Below, piece after piece: positions 36,300 to 45,698 of a stretch of 64,000 nucleotides of DNA (the first letter of the stretch is position 1; every line of letters starts with the position of its first letter). The notes beneath the pieces were generated by a model. It saw only the letters and a list, made by a program, of their open reading frames with translations. It searched no databases and was not told the origin of the DNA. The stretch is from an uncultured euryarchaeote. Lineage in GTDB: Archaea; Thermoplasmatota; Poseidoniia; Poseidoniales; Poseidoniaceae. Location of the stretch: the NCBI GenBank assembly GCA_937899865.1, contig CALBRH010000063.1, forward strand, positions 1,957-65,956, given 5' to 3'. The translations under genes were made by a program, and so were the position numbers.

Positions 36300-37889
36300 A
36301 TGGCGGATGAAGAGAAGAAAAAAATCAGTCTTGAGACTTGGCTCAAGGTTGGATTTATGGCTTCTCTACTAATTTCTGTTGTATTGATAGGTTTGTTCAG
36401 TCTAAACAAAGAAACTGTATTTTCACCCTACGAGCAAGATCCCGAATATTACAATATTCAGTTGACCGAAATGAGAGCTAATATGGGCGAAGACGGTACT
36501 GGGTACACAGTTGCTAACACAATGTCAACACCTATGTTAGTTAATGATTGGAAAGATCCTCATCGAACTTTACTAGTTATTGCTGCACCTGAGAAACCAT
36601 TCGATGCTGCAGAAGCTGCTGCGATTCACGACTTCGTGACTGAAAAAGGCGGAAAAGTTGTATTGGCTTCAAACTCTACCAATGCTCAACTTGTAGCTTC
36701 TGAATTTGGGGTAAAGTACTTTGATGCTCCAGTTGTTGATCCATTTCAATTTTATGAAGTAGCTGATGAAACAGGGCAGGCATTGAAACCCGATGAAAGA
36801 AAACTTTGGGCTGCTGCAAGCATTACTCGTGATGTCACTCAAATGGGTGATGAAAAGCATGTTCCTTGTTCGAATAACGATATAGATAATGCACGGGTTA
36901 ACGATTGTCGAATGCCTGTATTATTTCATAGAGCAACCGCAATCCAAGTATTAGATGAAGAGGTAGATGATGACAGGGAAGTCATGGTACTTGCACACGC
37001 ATCAACTCCTGCATTTATTGCAAGACAAGATACCAATATTGACAACCTAAACAATCCAACTCTTGGAGAAGGTAAAACCGGCCTGATAATCCGAATGGAT
37101 TATCCAGGAATAGAGGTTCTTGATGAGCAGCCAAACAACAACTTTGGTGAAGTTGATGTTACAGGTTCAATCGTATTTGTTTCAGATCATTCTGTTCTCG
37201 CTAACCATCTATGGAATCAAACAATAGGTGAAGAAACCGGTAAGCAACAATGCGAATCACCATATTATGTTTCAAATGCTTTGGGTAATTCTCACGCTTG
37301 TTGGGATAGTGCCTTATTCTCTTCTGATGGTAGAGAAGTGGAGTGGAATGGTAATGGTCCATATTTTGAAGCATTATTTTATGATATGATGGAATTCGAT
37401 AATGAGGAAATTACTACCAAGGTGACTAGAGATCCTTCAGAATTTAATTTGGTATTCGATGAAAGTAGACACGTTTCAAGTGCCCTTTCATCACCATTTA
37501 CCGAAGCGATTGGTGCGGTGGTTCTGCTTACAAGCGATAATGTGTTGAAGTGGTTAATTATCCTCAATCTCTTTGCATTGCTTGCCATAGCAATTATGGT
37601 AGTACCAGAAAAAGAGAATTGGCGCCATGTCTTTGACTTGACGAGATTTAGAGAAAGGCCAACAAAAATAGATACTTCCCAATATCAAATGCGAGTTAGG
37701 GAAGCGTTCTTGTCTAAAGTTAGACAATTTAACGATCTCACGAGAGATGAATTTGCTCGCAAAACCCCAGCGGAAATCATGTATATGGTAAAAGACCCGC
37801 GCTTAGTAGAACTGATTAGTTCTAACCGTTCCTACTCCAACGAAGAATTGAGGGAAGTGATTCCCCAAATACGTCGTTGGGGTAAATGA
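36300..37889 (+). CDS. Bitopic membrane protein (N-terminal and C-terminal TM helices around a large external domain), possibly DUF4350-like. First gene of the MoxR cluster.
   Basis: AGGAGG Shine-Dalgarno-like motif before the ATG at 36300 (track start 36237). TM helices at FMASLLISVVLIGLF and LIILNLFALLAIAIMVV. The family call rests on architecture and context only. Confidence 0.5.
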   Translation: MADEEKKKISLETWLKVGFMASLLISVVLIGLFSLNKETVFSPYEQDPEYYNIQLTEMRANMGEDGTGYTVANTMSTPMLVNDWKDPHRTLLVIAAPEKPFDAAEAAAIHDFVTEKGGKVVLASNSTNAQLVASEFGVKYFDAPVVDPFQFYEVADETGQALKPDERKLWAAASITRDVTQMGDEKHVPCSNNDIDNARVNDCRMPVLFHRATAIQVLDEEVDDDREVMVLAHASTPAFIARQDTNIDNLNNPTLGEGKTGLIIRMDYPGIEVLDEQPNNNFGEVDVTGSIVFVSDHSVLANHLWNQTIGEETGKQQCESPYYVSNALGNSHACWDSALFSSDGREVEWNGNGPYFEALFYDMMEFDNEEITTKVTRDPSEFNLVFDESRHVSSALSSPFTEAIGAVVLLTSDNVLKWLIILNLFALLAIAIMVVPEKENWRHVFDLTRFRERPTKIDTSQYQMRVREAFLSKVRQFNDLTRDEFARKTPAEIMYMVKDPRLVELISSNRSYSNEELREVIPQIRRWGK

Positions 37890-37907
37890 AATTAGGAGGA
37901 AAAAGAC

Positions 37908-38090
37908 ATGCAACCAGCCCCCCCACCCCAGCCTGCGCCAGCGCAGCCAGGGATGCCAGCAGCACCTGCACCAGCAGCGCCAATGCCAGCACCACCAATG
38001 CCAGCAGCACCAGCGCCAGCGGCTCCAATGCCAGCAGCACCTGCACCAGCAGCCCCAGCAGCACCGGCCGCTCCGGCAAAGCCGAAGCAC
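37908..38090 (+). repeat. GC-rich imperfect tandem repeat encoding a (P/A/M)-rich low-complexity tract
   Basis: Repeated atgccagcagcacc.gc.ccagc.gc.cca units encode MPAAPAPAAP-type repeats. Composition contrasts sharply with the AT-rich surroundings. Confidence 0.8.
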
Positions 38091-39059
38091 CAGAGTAGCC
38101 CAGAAGTTCGCGAGAGACTATCTGCAGTAGGAGCAATCGCTCAAGCGATTAGTGCCGAAGTTCAGAAAGTAATTATCGGTAAATCACACATTATTGATAA
38201 TGTACTCGTCAACATTCTTTCCAACGGAAATCTTCTGTTCGAAGATTACCCAGGTTTGGCAAAGACATTGATGACTAATACTTTCGCAGATGCACTTGGT
38301 TGTGATTTCAAGCGTGTACAATTTACACCTGACTTGTTACCTGCAGATATTACAGGTACCAATGTTTACGATGCCAAGAAGGGTGAATTTACATTCAAGC
38401 CAGGACCATTGTTCTGTAATCTACTTCTTGCTGACGAGATAAACCGTGCTCCGCCTAAGACTCAAGCGGCTTTGCTTGAGGCTATGCAGGAAAAGCAAGT
38501 AACAATCGGTACAGTAACTCACAAACTACCAGCACCGTTTATTGTTATGGCAACACAAAATCCAGTAGAGCAAGAAGGAACATATCCACTTCCTGAAGCA
38601 CAATTAGACCGATTTATGTTTAAGATGTCTGTAGGATATCCAGACCGTGCTGATGAGGACGAAATTTTAGCTCGTCGTATTACTCGTGGTAAGGATGCTG
38701 TTGATGTTGATGTTATTACTGATCCTCAGAGAGTTATTGCCATGCAACAAGCCTGTGAAGATGTATATGTTGACCCTGCACTTAGAATGTACATGGTTGA
38801 GATTGTAGCACGTACAAGAGAAGATCCAAGAGTACTTGTTGGTTCCTCACCTCGTGGTTCTCAAGCATTACTGAAGACTTCAAGAGCAGCAGCTGCACTT
38901 AGAGGCAGAGATTTCGTTACTCCAGATGATATCAAGGCTATTGCTGAATTGGCAATTGCTCACAGAATCATCTTAAAGCCGGAGCATCAAATCAAGGGAC
39001 TTGAAGCCGGTGAAGTAATTCAAACAATCCTGCGAGAAGTACCAGTACCAACAGTCTGA
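37908..39059 (+). CDS. MoxR-family AAA+ ATPase with a Pro/Ala-rich N-terminal extension of about 60 aa
   Basis: LFEDYPGLAKT (MoxR-type Walker A), LLADEINRAPPKTQAALLEAMQE (Walker B and sensor), and the VMATQNP and GSSPRG blocks. Confidence 0.9.
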   Translation: MQPAPPPQPAPAQPGMPAAPAPAAPMPAPPMPAAPAPAAPMPAAPAPAAPAAPAAPAKPKHQSSPEVRERLSAVGAIAQAISAEVQKVIIGKSHIIDNVLVNILSNGNLLFEDYPGLAKTLMTNTFADALGCDFKRVQFTPDLLPADITGTNVYDAKKGEFTFKPGPLFCNLLLADEINRAPPKTQAALLEAMQEKQVTIGTVTHKLPAPFIVMATQNPVEQEGTYPLPEAQLDRFMFKMSVGYPDRADEDEILARRITRGKDAVDVDVITDPQRVIAMQQACEDVYVDPALRMYMVEIVARTREDPRVLVGSSPRGSQALLKTSRAAAALRGRDFVTPDDIKAIAELAIAHRIILKPEHQIKGLEAGEVIQTILREVPVPTV

Positions 39060-39072
39060 TAATCTACTTACG

Positions 39073-40395
39073 GTGTTAATCATGTGGAGTCGCAAATCAG
39101 CAATGTTGGGGAGTTTAGCTATAGCAATGTATTTGCTAGGCTTGACTTTACGAAATGAGCAATTAGTAACTATTGCAGTTGTTATTTTCGTTTTCCTAAC
39201 TTGGGCTGCCTTATTTGGCGGACATGCTGATGTAGCTTCATCTGGAAGAAGAGCAGATGAATGGTCAGGAGAGGAAGGAATTGCCCTTGGTAGCGTAATT
39301 GCCATGCGCAAACTTTCCAGTGCTAGGCTGTTCGAAGATGGAGAGTTAAATGTCACACTACGTATGCAAAATAATTCACCTTTGCCTAGGATTCTAGAAG
39401 TCAAGGACAGAGTACCAGAAGTAATGAGAATAAAAGAAGGTTCAAATTACATTTTGATGGAGTTAGGGCCTAGAAGAGAGACTTTCATTGAATATACAAT
39501 CGAGTGCCCGCTTAGAGGATTTTACAGCATCGGGCCGGTTGCTGTAAGAATTCAGGATCCATTTGGTTTGTTTCACAAGGAAAAAGAAATGCATGTCTAC
39601 GATGATTTCCTTGTATTTCCAAAGATGGAAGATCTCAAAGAGACTTTTGTTAAGTCAAGAGTTCCAAAGATTTTCACTGGCGCAGTAAACATTAGGCAAC
39701 CAGGTCCAGGTTCAGAATTTTATTCTCTAAGAGAATATTTTGAAGGGGATTCGTTTAGATCTATCAATTGGTCAGCCTACGCTCGTTCTGGAAAGTTGAT
39801 GGTTAACGAGAGAGAAAGAGACGCAGTTTCTGATATTATCATAATTGTTGATTCAAGAGCAGTTTCTGAAACAGGTCCTGTGTCTAGAAACGCTTTAGTT
39901 TACTCAACTAGAGCTGCAGCATCATTGGCTAAGTATTTCCTCAGCAGAAGAGATTCAGTAGGCGTTATTGTTTATGGTGATGAGGTTGTAAGCGTTGACC
40001 GTGACACAGGTAAGAAGCAACTTTATGTGATCCTAACGAAACTTGCTGGCGCAGTTGCTAGAGGTAATATTCCATTACAAGTTGTAGTAAACCGTATCAT
40101 GCCTCATATCAACAAAGGAAGTCCGATTATTTTCCTATCAAACTTAGAGGATGATCCAACAATAGTTAGCGCATTAAGAGACTTTAGAGCAAGAAATTTC
40201 GATGTAACAGTTCTATCACCTTCATCACTTGAATTTGAGTTTGATGCAAAGAGAATTGATCGAACTGGATATGAAGTATTGAAGACTGAAAGAGATGTTT
40301 TGATTGGTGAATTGAGAGGTCTCGGTGTAAACATCATGGACTGGGAGCCAGATATGCTTCTATCAACAGCATTAGCAGGTGCAAGAGGATTCTGA
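39073..40395 (+). CDS. DUF58-family protein (vWA-like fold, usual MoxR partner) with N-terminal TM helices
   Basis: FYSLREYFEGDSFRSINW (the DUF58 hallmark is R.Y..GD....I.W) followed by IIIVDSRA. It lies immediately downstream of MoxR. Confidence 0.8.
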   Translation: MLIMWSRKSAMLGSLAIAMYLLGLTLRNEQLVTIAVVIFVFLTWAALFGGHADVASSGRRADEWSGEEGIALGSVIAMRKLSSARLFEDGELNVTLRMQNNSPLPRILEVKDRVPEVMRIKEGSNYILMELGPRRETFIEYTIECPLRGFYSIGPVAVRIQDPFGLFHKEKEMHVYDDFLVFPKMEDLKETFVKSRVPKIFTGAVNIRQPGPGSEFYSLREYFEGDSFRSINWSAYARSGKLMVNERERDAVSDIIIIVDSRAVSETGPVSRNALVYSTRAAASLAKYFLSRRDSVGVIVYGDEVVSVDRDTGKKQLYVILTKLAGAVARGNIPLQVVVNRIMPHINKGSPIIFLSNLEDDPTIVSALRDFRARNFDVTVLSPSSLEFEFDAKRIDRTGYEVLKTERDVLIGELRGLGVNIMDWEPDMLLSTALAGARGF

Positions 40396-40404
40396 GGTGA
40401 AAAA

Positions 40405-41328
40405 ATGACTATGAATAAACCATCTGGAGATACAAGAGTCCTCTATGAGGGGAAAACTGTAAGGTCTTCTGCACCATCAAGGAAAAAACTTGCAGGTCAA
40501 GCAGGTGCTGGCTCGGAAATACCAAAGGATGCAATTCCAACTGTTGAGATGCCGAGCTTTATTGAGAGTCTTTTAGGAGGCCCATTAGTGCCTAAAACAA
40601 AGTTTCTGCCACCAGATAAGATGGTACAAAATCTACAACTTGCAGTATATGGAGTTCTAGTAGCTCTTTCTTTACTTACCTACATGATTTCACCACCAGA
40701 AGGGACATTATGGTACATGATTACAGGAAGTCTAGGCATCTCATTCATAATGCAAATTGTCATCATAGTTGTTGCTGCAGGGACAGGATTCTGGGGTACT
40801 ATGCAAAGAGATGCTAGGTTTACCTTAGTAAGTAACTTCATGTTTATCTTGGCCATTTTACGTTTTGCTGCTTCTAAGGTTTCTCTTGCGAGTGATCCAT
40901 TTGATCTGCAAGATAGTCCAGCTTTACTCAATATCTTGGTAGTAAGTTATGCTGTTTTATTAGTCATGTATTTTGAATTGGCTAATGGCGTGATTAGGTA
41001 TTCAATGCTTGATACAAGCATTAGAACTAACGAAGTTTATGTAATGAATCCAAAGAAGATAGTTGGAAAATATCATCGCTCTTTAATTATCAATCCAATT
41101 TCAGCCGCTGTTTTAGCAATAATTGTATTATCTGCAAATACAATCTTGCCATTTATTGTTGGTATATTTTCTTCTGATACTGCAACTAGGATGGAAGAGT
41201 CTGTTGAACTAATTTCAGTATACGGAGTAGCACTTGGCACATTCTTTGTGTTTTGTGTAGTGGGCGGACTATTTGCACTTAATCTACCGAATCATTTGCA
41301 AAAGTTTAGAGAAAAGCGTGCTGAATAA
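40405..41328 (+). CDS. Polytopic membrane protein, hypothetical. Last gene of the MoxR cluster.
   Basis: About 6 hydrophobic helices. It starts 9 nt after the DUF58 stop. No family motif recognised. Confidence 0.5.
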   Translation: MTMNKPSGDTRVLYEGKTVRSSAPSRKKLAGQAGAGSEIPKDAIPTVEMPSFIESLLGGPLVPKTKFLPPDKMVQNLQLAVYGVLVALSLLTYMISPPEGTLWYMITGSLGISFIMQIVIIVVAAGTGFWGTMQRDARFTLVSNFMFILAILRFAASKVSLASDPFDLQDSPALLNILVVSYAVLLVMYFELANGVIRYSMLDTSIRTNEVYVMNPKKIVGKYHRSLIINPISAAVLAIIVLSANTILPFIVGIFSSDTATRMEESVELISVYGVALGTFFVFCVVGGLFALNLPNHLQKFREKRAE

Positions 41329-41329
41329 A

Positions 41330-42649
41330 TTAAGCACTCGATTTTTTAAACACAATTTGAGATAATGATTTCATTAATTTTTTGATATCTTCAGTGTTAG
41401 CAATATATTGAACTGAAAGGCTTGTTGAATTAAGGTAAGTTAACTCCATTTCTCTAGAATTAATATTTGATAATCTTTGATCAATAACTTGTTTATTATT
41501 GGTTCCGATAAATGAAATTAAGCAGGAATAAAATTCTACATTTGATATGTGCAATTTTTTGCCAATTATACTTTCTACAGTTTGAAGTTGTTGTTGAGAT
41601 ACTACAATATCAATTTTTGATGGACTAGATTCAACAGACCAACAAGTAATATTTTCCTGGTCTAGTAGAATCAAAATTTGTCCCAAGATTTTACTTTGGT
41701 TAGTATAATCTCCAACTTCTGCAGTGATTTTGGCTATACTTCTCATACAACCAATTGCTTTCAATTGATTCGATTCAATGATGTTTGGTCCAATCACAGT
41801 TGGAGCATTTGTTTCAAAAGCAGAATGTAGATTTCTAATTTCTATTGGGATTCCAATGTCTTTGACGGGAATAACAGTTGTATGGTGTATAACTGGAGCA
41901 TCCAATCTAGATAATTCTCTAGCTTCATCATAACCAAGGTATGGTATTGGTTTGGTATTTACACCCCATCTCGGGTTGATGGACAAAACACCATCAACAT
42001 CTTTCCAAAGAATTAATTTTTTAGCATCGAGAATCCTTGCGATAGCCGCGGCTGAATGGTCGCTACCGCCTCTACTTAGTAAAGCCAATTTTCCATCTTT
42101 ACCTTCACCAAACCATCCGGTAATTACAGGTATTCCAACAAATGCTGTTTTGTCAAGAGTTTGTATTGATTTTTCTATATCTACGCTTGAAGCAGTGTTA
42201 GAGCCATCCAAGCAAATTCCTATATCTTCAGAACCAACAGGATGTGTATCTAATCCTTGTTTCCTTAATTCATTTGCCACAACAAGTGCTGAAAGTCTCT
42301 CGCCAGCAGCGAGTAGTGTGTTTACATCAACATCATTGTGGGGATTTTTTGATAGATTAAATAGTGATTTTTCAATTCCTAAGAAGACATTATTGAATTT
42401 TTCAGAAAATATTGATTCATTGATTTTTGGTGAAAACCGCAGATGTTGTTTTCTAAGGTCTGATACCAGTCTTGTAGCATATCTCGGCTCATTAGCGGCT
42501 CTTAACAAACGATCAGTTGCCCCCCAAAGAGCTGATACAACAATTACAGTTTTACACCGTTGAGACTTTATTATCTTGGCAATTAATTCTATATCAGAAG
42601 AATCCCTTAAGCAAGAACCACCAAATTTGTGAATAGTAACATCATTCAA
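41330..42649 (-). CDS. Aspartate kinase
   Basis: IHKFGGSCL N-terminal motif, the amino-acid kinase blocks (VVSALWGATD, SRGGSDHSAA) and a C-terminal ACT-like region. Its start overlaps the aroC stop by 8 nt. Confidence 0.85.
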   Translation of the reverse strand: MNDVTIHKFGGSCLRDSSDIELIAKIIKSQRCKTVIVVSALWGATDRLLRAANEPRYATRLVSDLRKQHLRFSPKINESIFSEKFNNVFLGIEKSLFNLSKNPHNDVDVNTLLAAGERLSALVVANELRKQGLDTHPVGSEDIGICLDGSNTASSVDIEKSIQTLDKTAFVGIPVITGWFGEGKDGKLALLSRGGSDHSAAAIARILDAKKLILWKDVDGVLSINPRWGVNTKPIPYLGYDEARELSRLDAPVIHHTTVIPVKDIGIPIEIRNLHSAFETNAPTVIGPNIIESNQLKAIGCMRSIAKITAEVGDYTNQSKILGQILILLDQENITCWSVESSPSKIDIVVSQQQLQTVESIIGKKLHISNVEFYSCLISFIGTNNKQVIDQRLSNINSREMELTYLNSTSLSVQYIANTEDIKKLMKSLSQIVFKKSSA

Positions 42650-43745
42650 GGTAAAATCCTCCTCTAAGTGCTAAATCTCCTATGACAAATTTTGCCATTG
42701 CTTCAACTACTGCAACTGCTCTAGGTGCTAGAACAGGATCATGTCTTCCTTTGACAGTTAAAGGCTCTTGTTTATTTGTAGCCAAATTAAGAGTGACTTG
42801 TTCTTTCGGTATACTTGAAGGTGGCTTAAATGCTACTTTACAGAATAAATCTGAACCAGTTGATAGACCGGCAAGTGCTCCATCAGGTTTTTCTCCCAAC
42901 ATTACTGGATTATTTTTGTCACCGCCCCAAGGACTATTATGCTCGCTACCTTTCATTTCAACCACTGAAAAACCGTTACCAAATTCCACACCTCTTGCAG
43001 CAGGTATTGACATCATAGCGCGTGCTAGATATGGCTCAATTCCGTCAAACCACGGCTCACCTATTCCAATTGGCATTCCAGAAATTTGTAATTCTACTTC
43101 ACTTCCTATCGAGTCTAAACTCTTACGATGTGATTCTACTAGTTTTATCATTGCGATTGCTGAATCATAGTCTTGACATCTAATCTCTTGACATTCTTGA
43201 CTTTGCCATTTTTCAGGACAGGAAACTATTGGTTTTGCTTTAACATTACCAATCGAAGATACATGAGCATTAACTTTGATATTTAATTTTTTAATAATCG
43301 GAGAGATTATTGCAGCAGCAGCCACAATTGGTGCAGTAAGTCTGGCACTTGATGTTCCACCACCACGCAAATCTGCTTTTCCATCAGACTTTTTCATCAT
43401 AACCATGTCTTGATGACCAGGCCTTGGTTGATTTGGAAGAAATGAATAATCCTTTGATCTTACATCACTATTTTTGATTGAGATTTCTATAGTTTCTCCA
43501 GTTGTGGTAAAATTGTTTACTCCAGAGAGTAATTCAACAATATCGGCCTCTTTTCGCTTACTAGCATATTTTCCACCCGGCTTTCTATTGTCCATCGCCT
43601 TTTGAATTGCTTCCGAATCAATCTTTAATCCGGCTGGAACCCCTTCAAGAAAAGCACCAACTCTCGGCCCATGGCTAGTGCCAAATAGAGTAAGTCGCAA
43701 GACTTCACCAAGGCTCATCTGCATCGGTATCAGCAATTCCTGCAC
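42642..43745 (-). CDS. aroC: Chorismate synthase
   Basis: LTLFGTSHGPRVGAFLEGVPAGL, RPGHQD, GGGTSSARLTA and KGRHDPV blocks. Confidence 0.85.
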   Translation of the reverse strand: MQELLIPMQMSLGEVLRLTLFGTSHGPRVGAFLEGVPAGLKIDSEAIQKAMDNRKPGGKYASKRKEADIVELLSGVNNFTTTGETIEISIKNSDVRSKDYSFLPNQPRPGHQDMVMMKKSDGKADLRGGGTSSARLTAPIVAAAAIISPIIKKLNIKVNAHVSSIGNVKAKPIVSCPEKWQSQECQEIRCQDYDSAIAMIKLVESHRKSLDSIGSEVELQISGMPIGIGEPWFDGIEPYLARAMMSIPAARGVEFGNGFSVVEMKGSEHNSPWGGDKNNPVMLGEKPDGALAGLSTGSDLFCKVAFKPPSSIPKEQVTLNLATNKQEPLTVKGRHDPVLAPRAVAVVEAMAKFVIGDLALRGGFYLE

Positions 43746-43771
43746 GCTTTAGTTCAAGAACCTGCGCAAAG

Positions 43772-44671
43772 TTATTCCATTTCTAATTCATCAGAATCAA
43801 GAGATAAAAATTTAGTTTCAATAATTTGTTCTTTTGGCACCATTCTTACAATTACAGATTTTAATCTTTCAACTGAATTCTTGAGAATACTTGGTATTAC
43901 AATTACAACTGCAGGCCCTGAACCTGATAATCCTGAAGCTCTTGCGCCATTAATAAAAGCATCATTAGAAATTTTTCTACCTTGTATGTCATTAGTAACC
44001 GAGCAAACGGCTCTGCCATTCATGGTTAAACAATTGAACACCTCGCCTTGTTGTAAAGCAATTAACGCTTTTTCAAATTCTTGATACATTGGTACAAAGT
44101 CTTCTAATTGAGGCCTACTTGTTCTAGCATCTCGAGTGACGATTAAGACTATCCAGTCATCTGAGTTTGGTCCAGGTCCCTCCATAATAACTCCAGATGT
44201 TATATCTTCAGCATTAGCATCAATTAACTTCCATCCTTTGGTTAGACAAGCCCAGGAATCATCTATTGAACCGGTGATTGAAACTCCTGCATTAATTTGA
44301 GATTGTGAAGATAAACTTACAATTTCAGCATCTTCTAATTCTGTGCTAGTTGCTTCACAAAGAGCTTTAATTGCAGCAATTGAAACTGCTGCACTTGATT
44401 TAAGACCTCTATTTTGAGGTATTTTTGAGGCTACAGCCCAGTGAATATCTTGCATTTCTAATCCTTCAGGCAAGGATAAATTATTTCCAACCCATGTTTC
44501 AACTACAGATTTTAGTAGATTATCGGAGTCATTTAGTTCTCTCTTACTTGGTTTATCAAGGGCTTTGACTATTACTGGAAGGTCGAGTGACAATGATGCA
44601 CCATATCCTGTTCCAGCAGCATGTAATAAACTACAAGCGCCATGAGCTTGTCCAGTGCCTATTACTGCCAT
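43772..44671 (-). CDS. Archaeal-type shikimate kinase (GHMP kinase superfamily)
   Basis: GHMP motif II-like RGLKSSAAVSIAAIKAL and the SGSGPAV block. Its position is between aroC and DHQ synthase II. Confidence 0.7.
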   Translation of the reverse strand: MAVIGTGQAHGACSLLHAAGTGYGASLSLDLPVIVKALDKPSKRELNDSDNLLKSVVETWVGNNLSLPEGLEMQDIHWAVASKIPQNRGLKSSAAVSIAAIKALCEATSTELEDAEIVSLSSQSQINAGVSITGSIDDSWACLTKGWKLIDANAEDITSGVIMEGPGPNSDDWIVLIVTRDARTSRPQLEDFVPMYQEFEKALIALQQGEVFNCLTMNGRAVCSVTNDIQGRKISNDAFINGARASGLSGSGPAVVIVIPSILKNSVERLKSVIVRMVPKEQIIETKFLSLDSDELEME

Positions 44672-44672
44672 A

Positions 44673-45689
44673 TCATACCTCCTTTGAATTAATTGAAACT
44701 TTGTTACCTATGTGGCGTGTATGTTCTGAATCGTGACAAAGAATAGAGTCACCAGTTTTCAAATCTGTCACTGATTTCACCTCGCCAACTCGAGACAGGA
44801 TGCGTACGGTCTCCGCCTGTTGAAGAAAGATAGAATTAGATATGTGATAGTCATTTTCCCAACAAATACGTAAGAATGGGCGTTTTTCGATTTTTAGTCG
44901 GCCGATTATTGCAGGTCTAGTTGAGCCGTTTTCAGTAACTAGCATAACCTCATCTCCTGAAATTAATTCTGACAGGTATTTTGTATTCCCATTAGCCATT
45001 AAGATATAGGAGTGCGGAGGTCCTGCATTTACTCTAAATGGTCTTGAAGGAACAAATTCAGACTCCAAAACTTCACCGTGAACCAAAGCCAATGATGAGG
45101 AACTGGAACCAATTAACATACCTTCACCATGAGAGATTAAGCATGTGAGATCGATGCAGTATCTTTCTCCTGTCCCTCCAGATTCTATTTTAGTTATCTT
45201 TGATGTGGTCAGTTGTAATTCTGAAAAGGAATCTTCTACAATCTCTATTACGTTATTTTGACTTTCAAGTCTTTGAGATTTAGCAATTTCACAAGCTTGA
45301 ATTAAACTGGTTTCATTTTCAATTACGATTGCTCCAACACCTTTTTCGAGTGCAAATGCAATTCCATTGACCTCTTTTTCATCAGTTACTATTACAGCAA
45401 TACTTGTTCCAGTACCTTCACATTCAGAAATTAGATTTTCGACAGGAATCATTTTCCAACTAGAGAATTCAAGGATTATCCAACTTAACAAACCAATTTT
45501 TCCTCTAACAATATCGTATGTATTGCTGTCGTTAACAGAGAAAAGTTGTCCGGTTATCGAACCATCTTCAATCAATTTGTCATCAACCAAGCAAAAATTT
45601 GTATTACTGTCATTAGATAATATTTTGTCAAATACAGCATTTTTCTTTGATGGTGCCGAATTTACTCGACAGTCACACCAAACCTGCAT
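44673..45689 (-). CDS. 3-dehydroquinate synthase II (archaeal AroB')
   Basis: Size (338 aa) and position immediately downstream of ADH synthase in a tight operon (1-9 nt gaps). The call rests mostly on context and overall resemblance. Confidence 0.65.
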   Translation of the reverse strand: MQVWCDCRVNSAPSKKNAVFDKILSNDSNTNFCLVDDKLIEDGSITGQLFSVNDSNTYDIVRGKIGLLSWIILEFSSWKMIPVENLISECEGTGTSIAVIVTDEKEVNGIAFALEKGVGAIVIENETSLIQACEIAKSQRLESQNNVIEIVEDSFSELQLTTSKITKIESGGTGERYCIDLTCLISHGEGMLIGSSSSSLALVHGEVLESEFVPSRPFRVNAGPPHSYILMANGNTKYLSELISGDEVMLVTENGSTRPAIIGRLKIEKRPFLRICWENDYHISNSIFLQQAETVRILSRVGEVKSVTDLKTGDSILCHDSEHTRHIGNKVSINSKEV

Positions 45690-45698
45690 CTAATCACC

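Noticed and set aside
37803-38136. Three overlapping ORFs (95 aa and 104 aa on the minus strand, 70 aa on the plus strand) rich in W/C/R or L/A/V across the start of the MoxR gene
   Set aside because: They are frame artefacts of the GC-rich Pro/Ala repeat, which is open in several frames. Their compositions (WCRCCWHW...) are not protein-like, and the MoxR frame continues into a well-conserved AAA+ domain.
41952-43170. Long antisense ORFs (203 aa and 162 aa, plus strand) inside the aspartate kinase and chorismate synthase genes
   Set aside because: The minus-strand frames carry unambiguous family motifs. The plus-strand products are S/P/L-rich, with no motifs.
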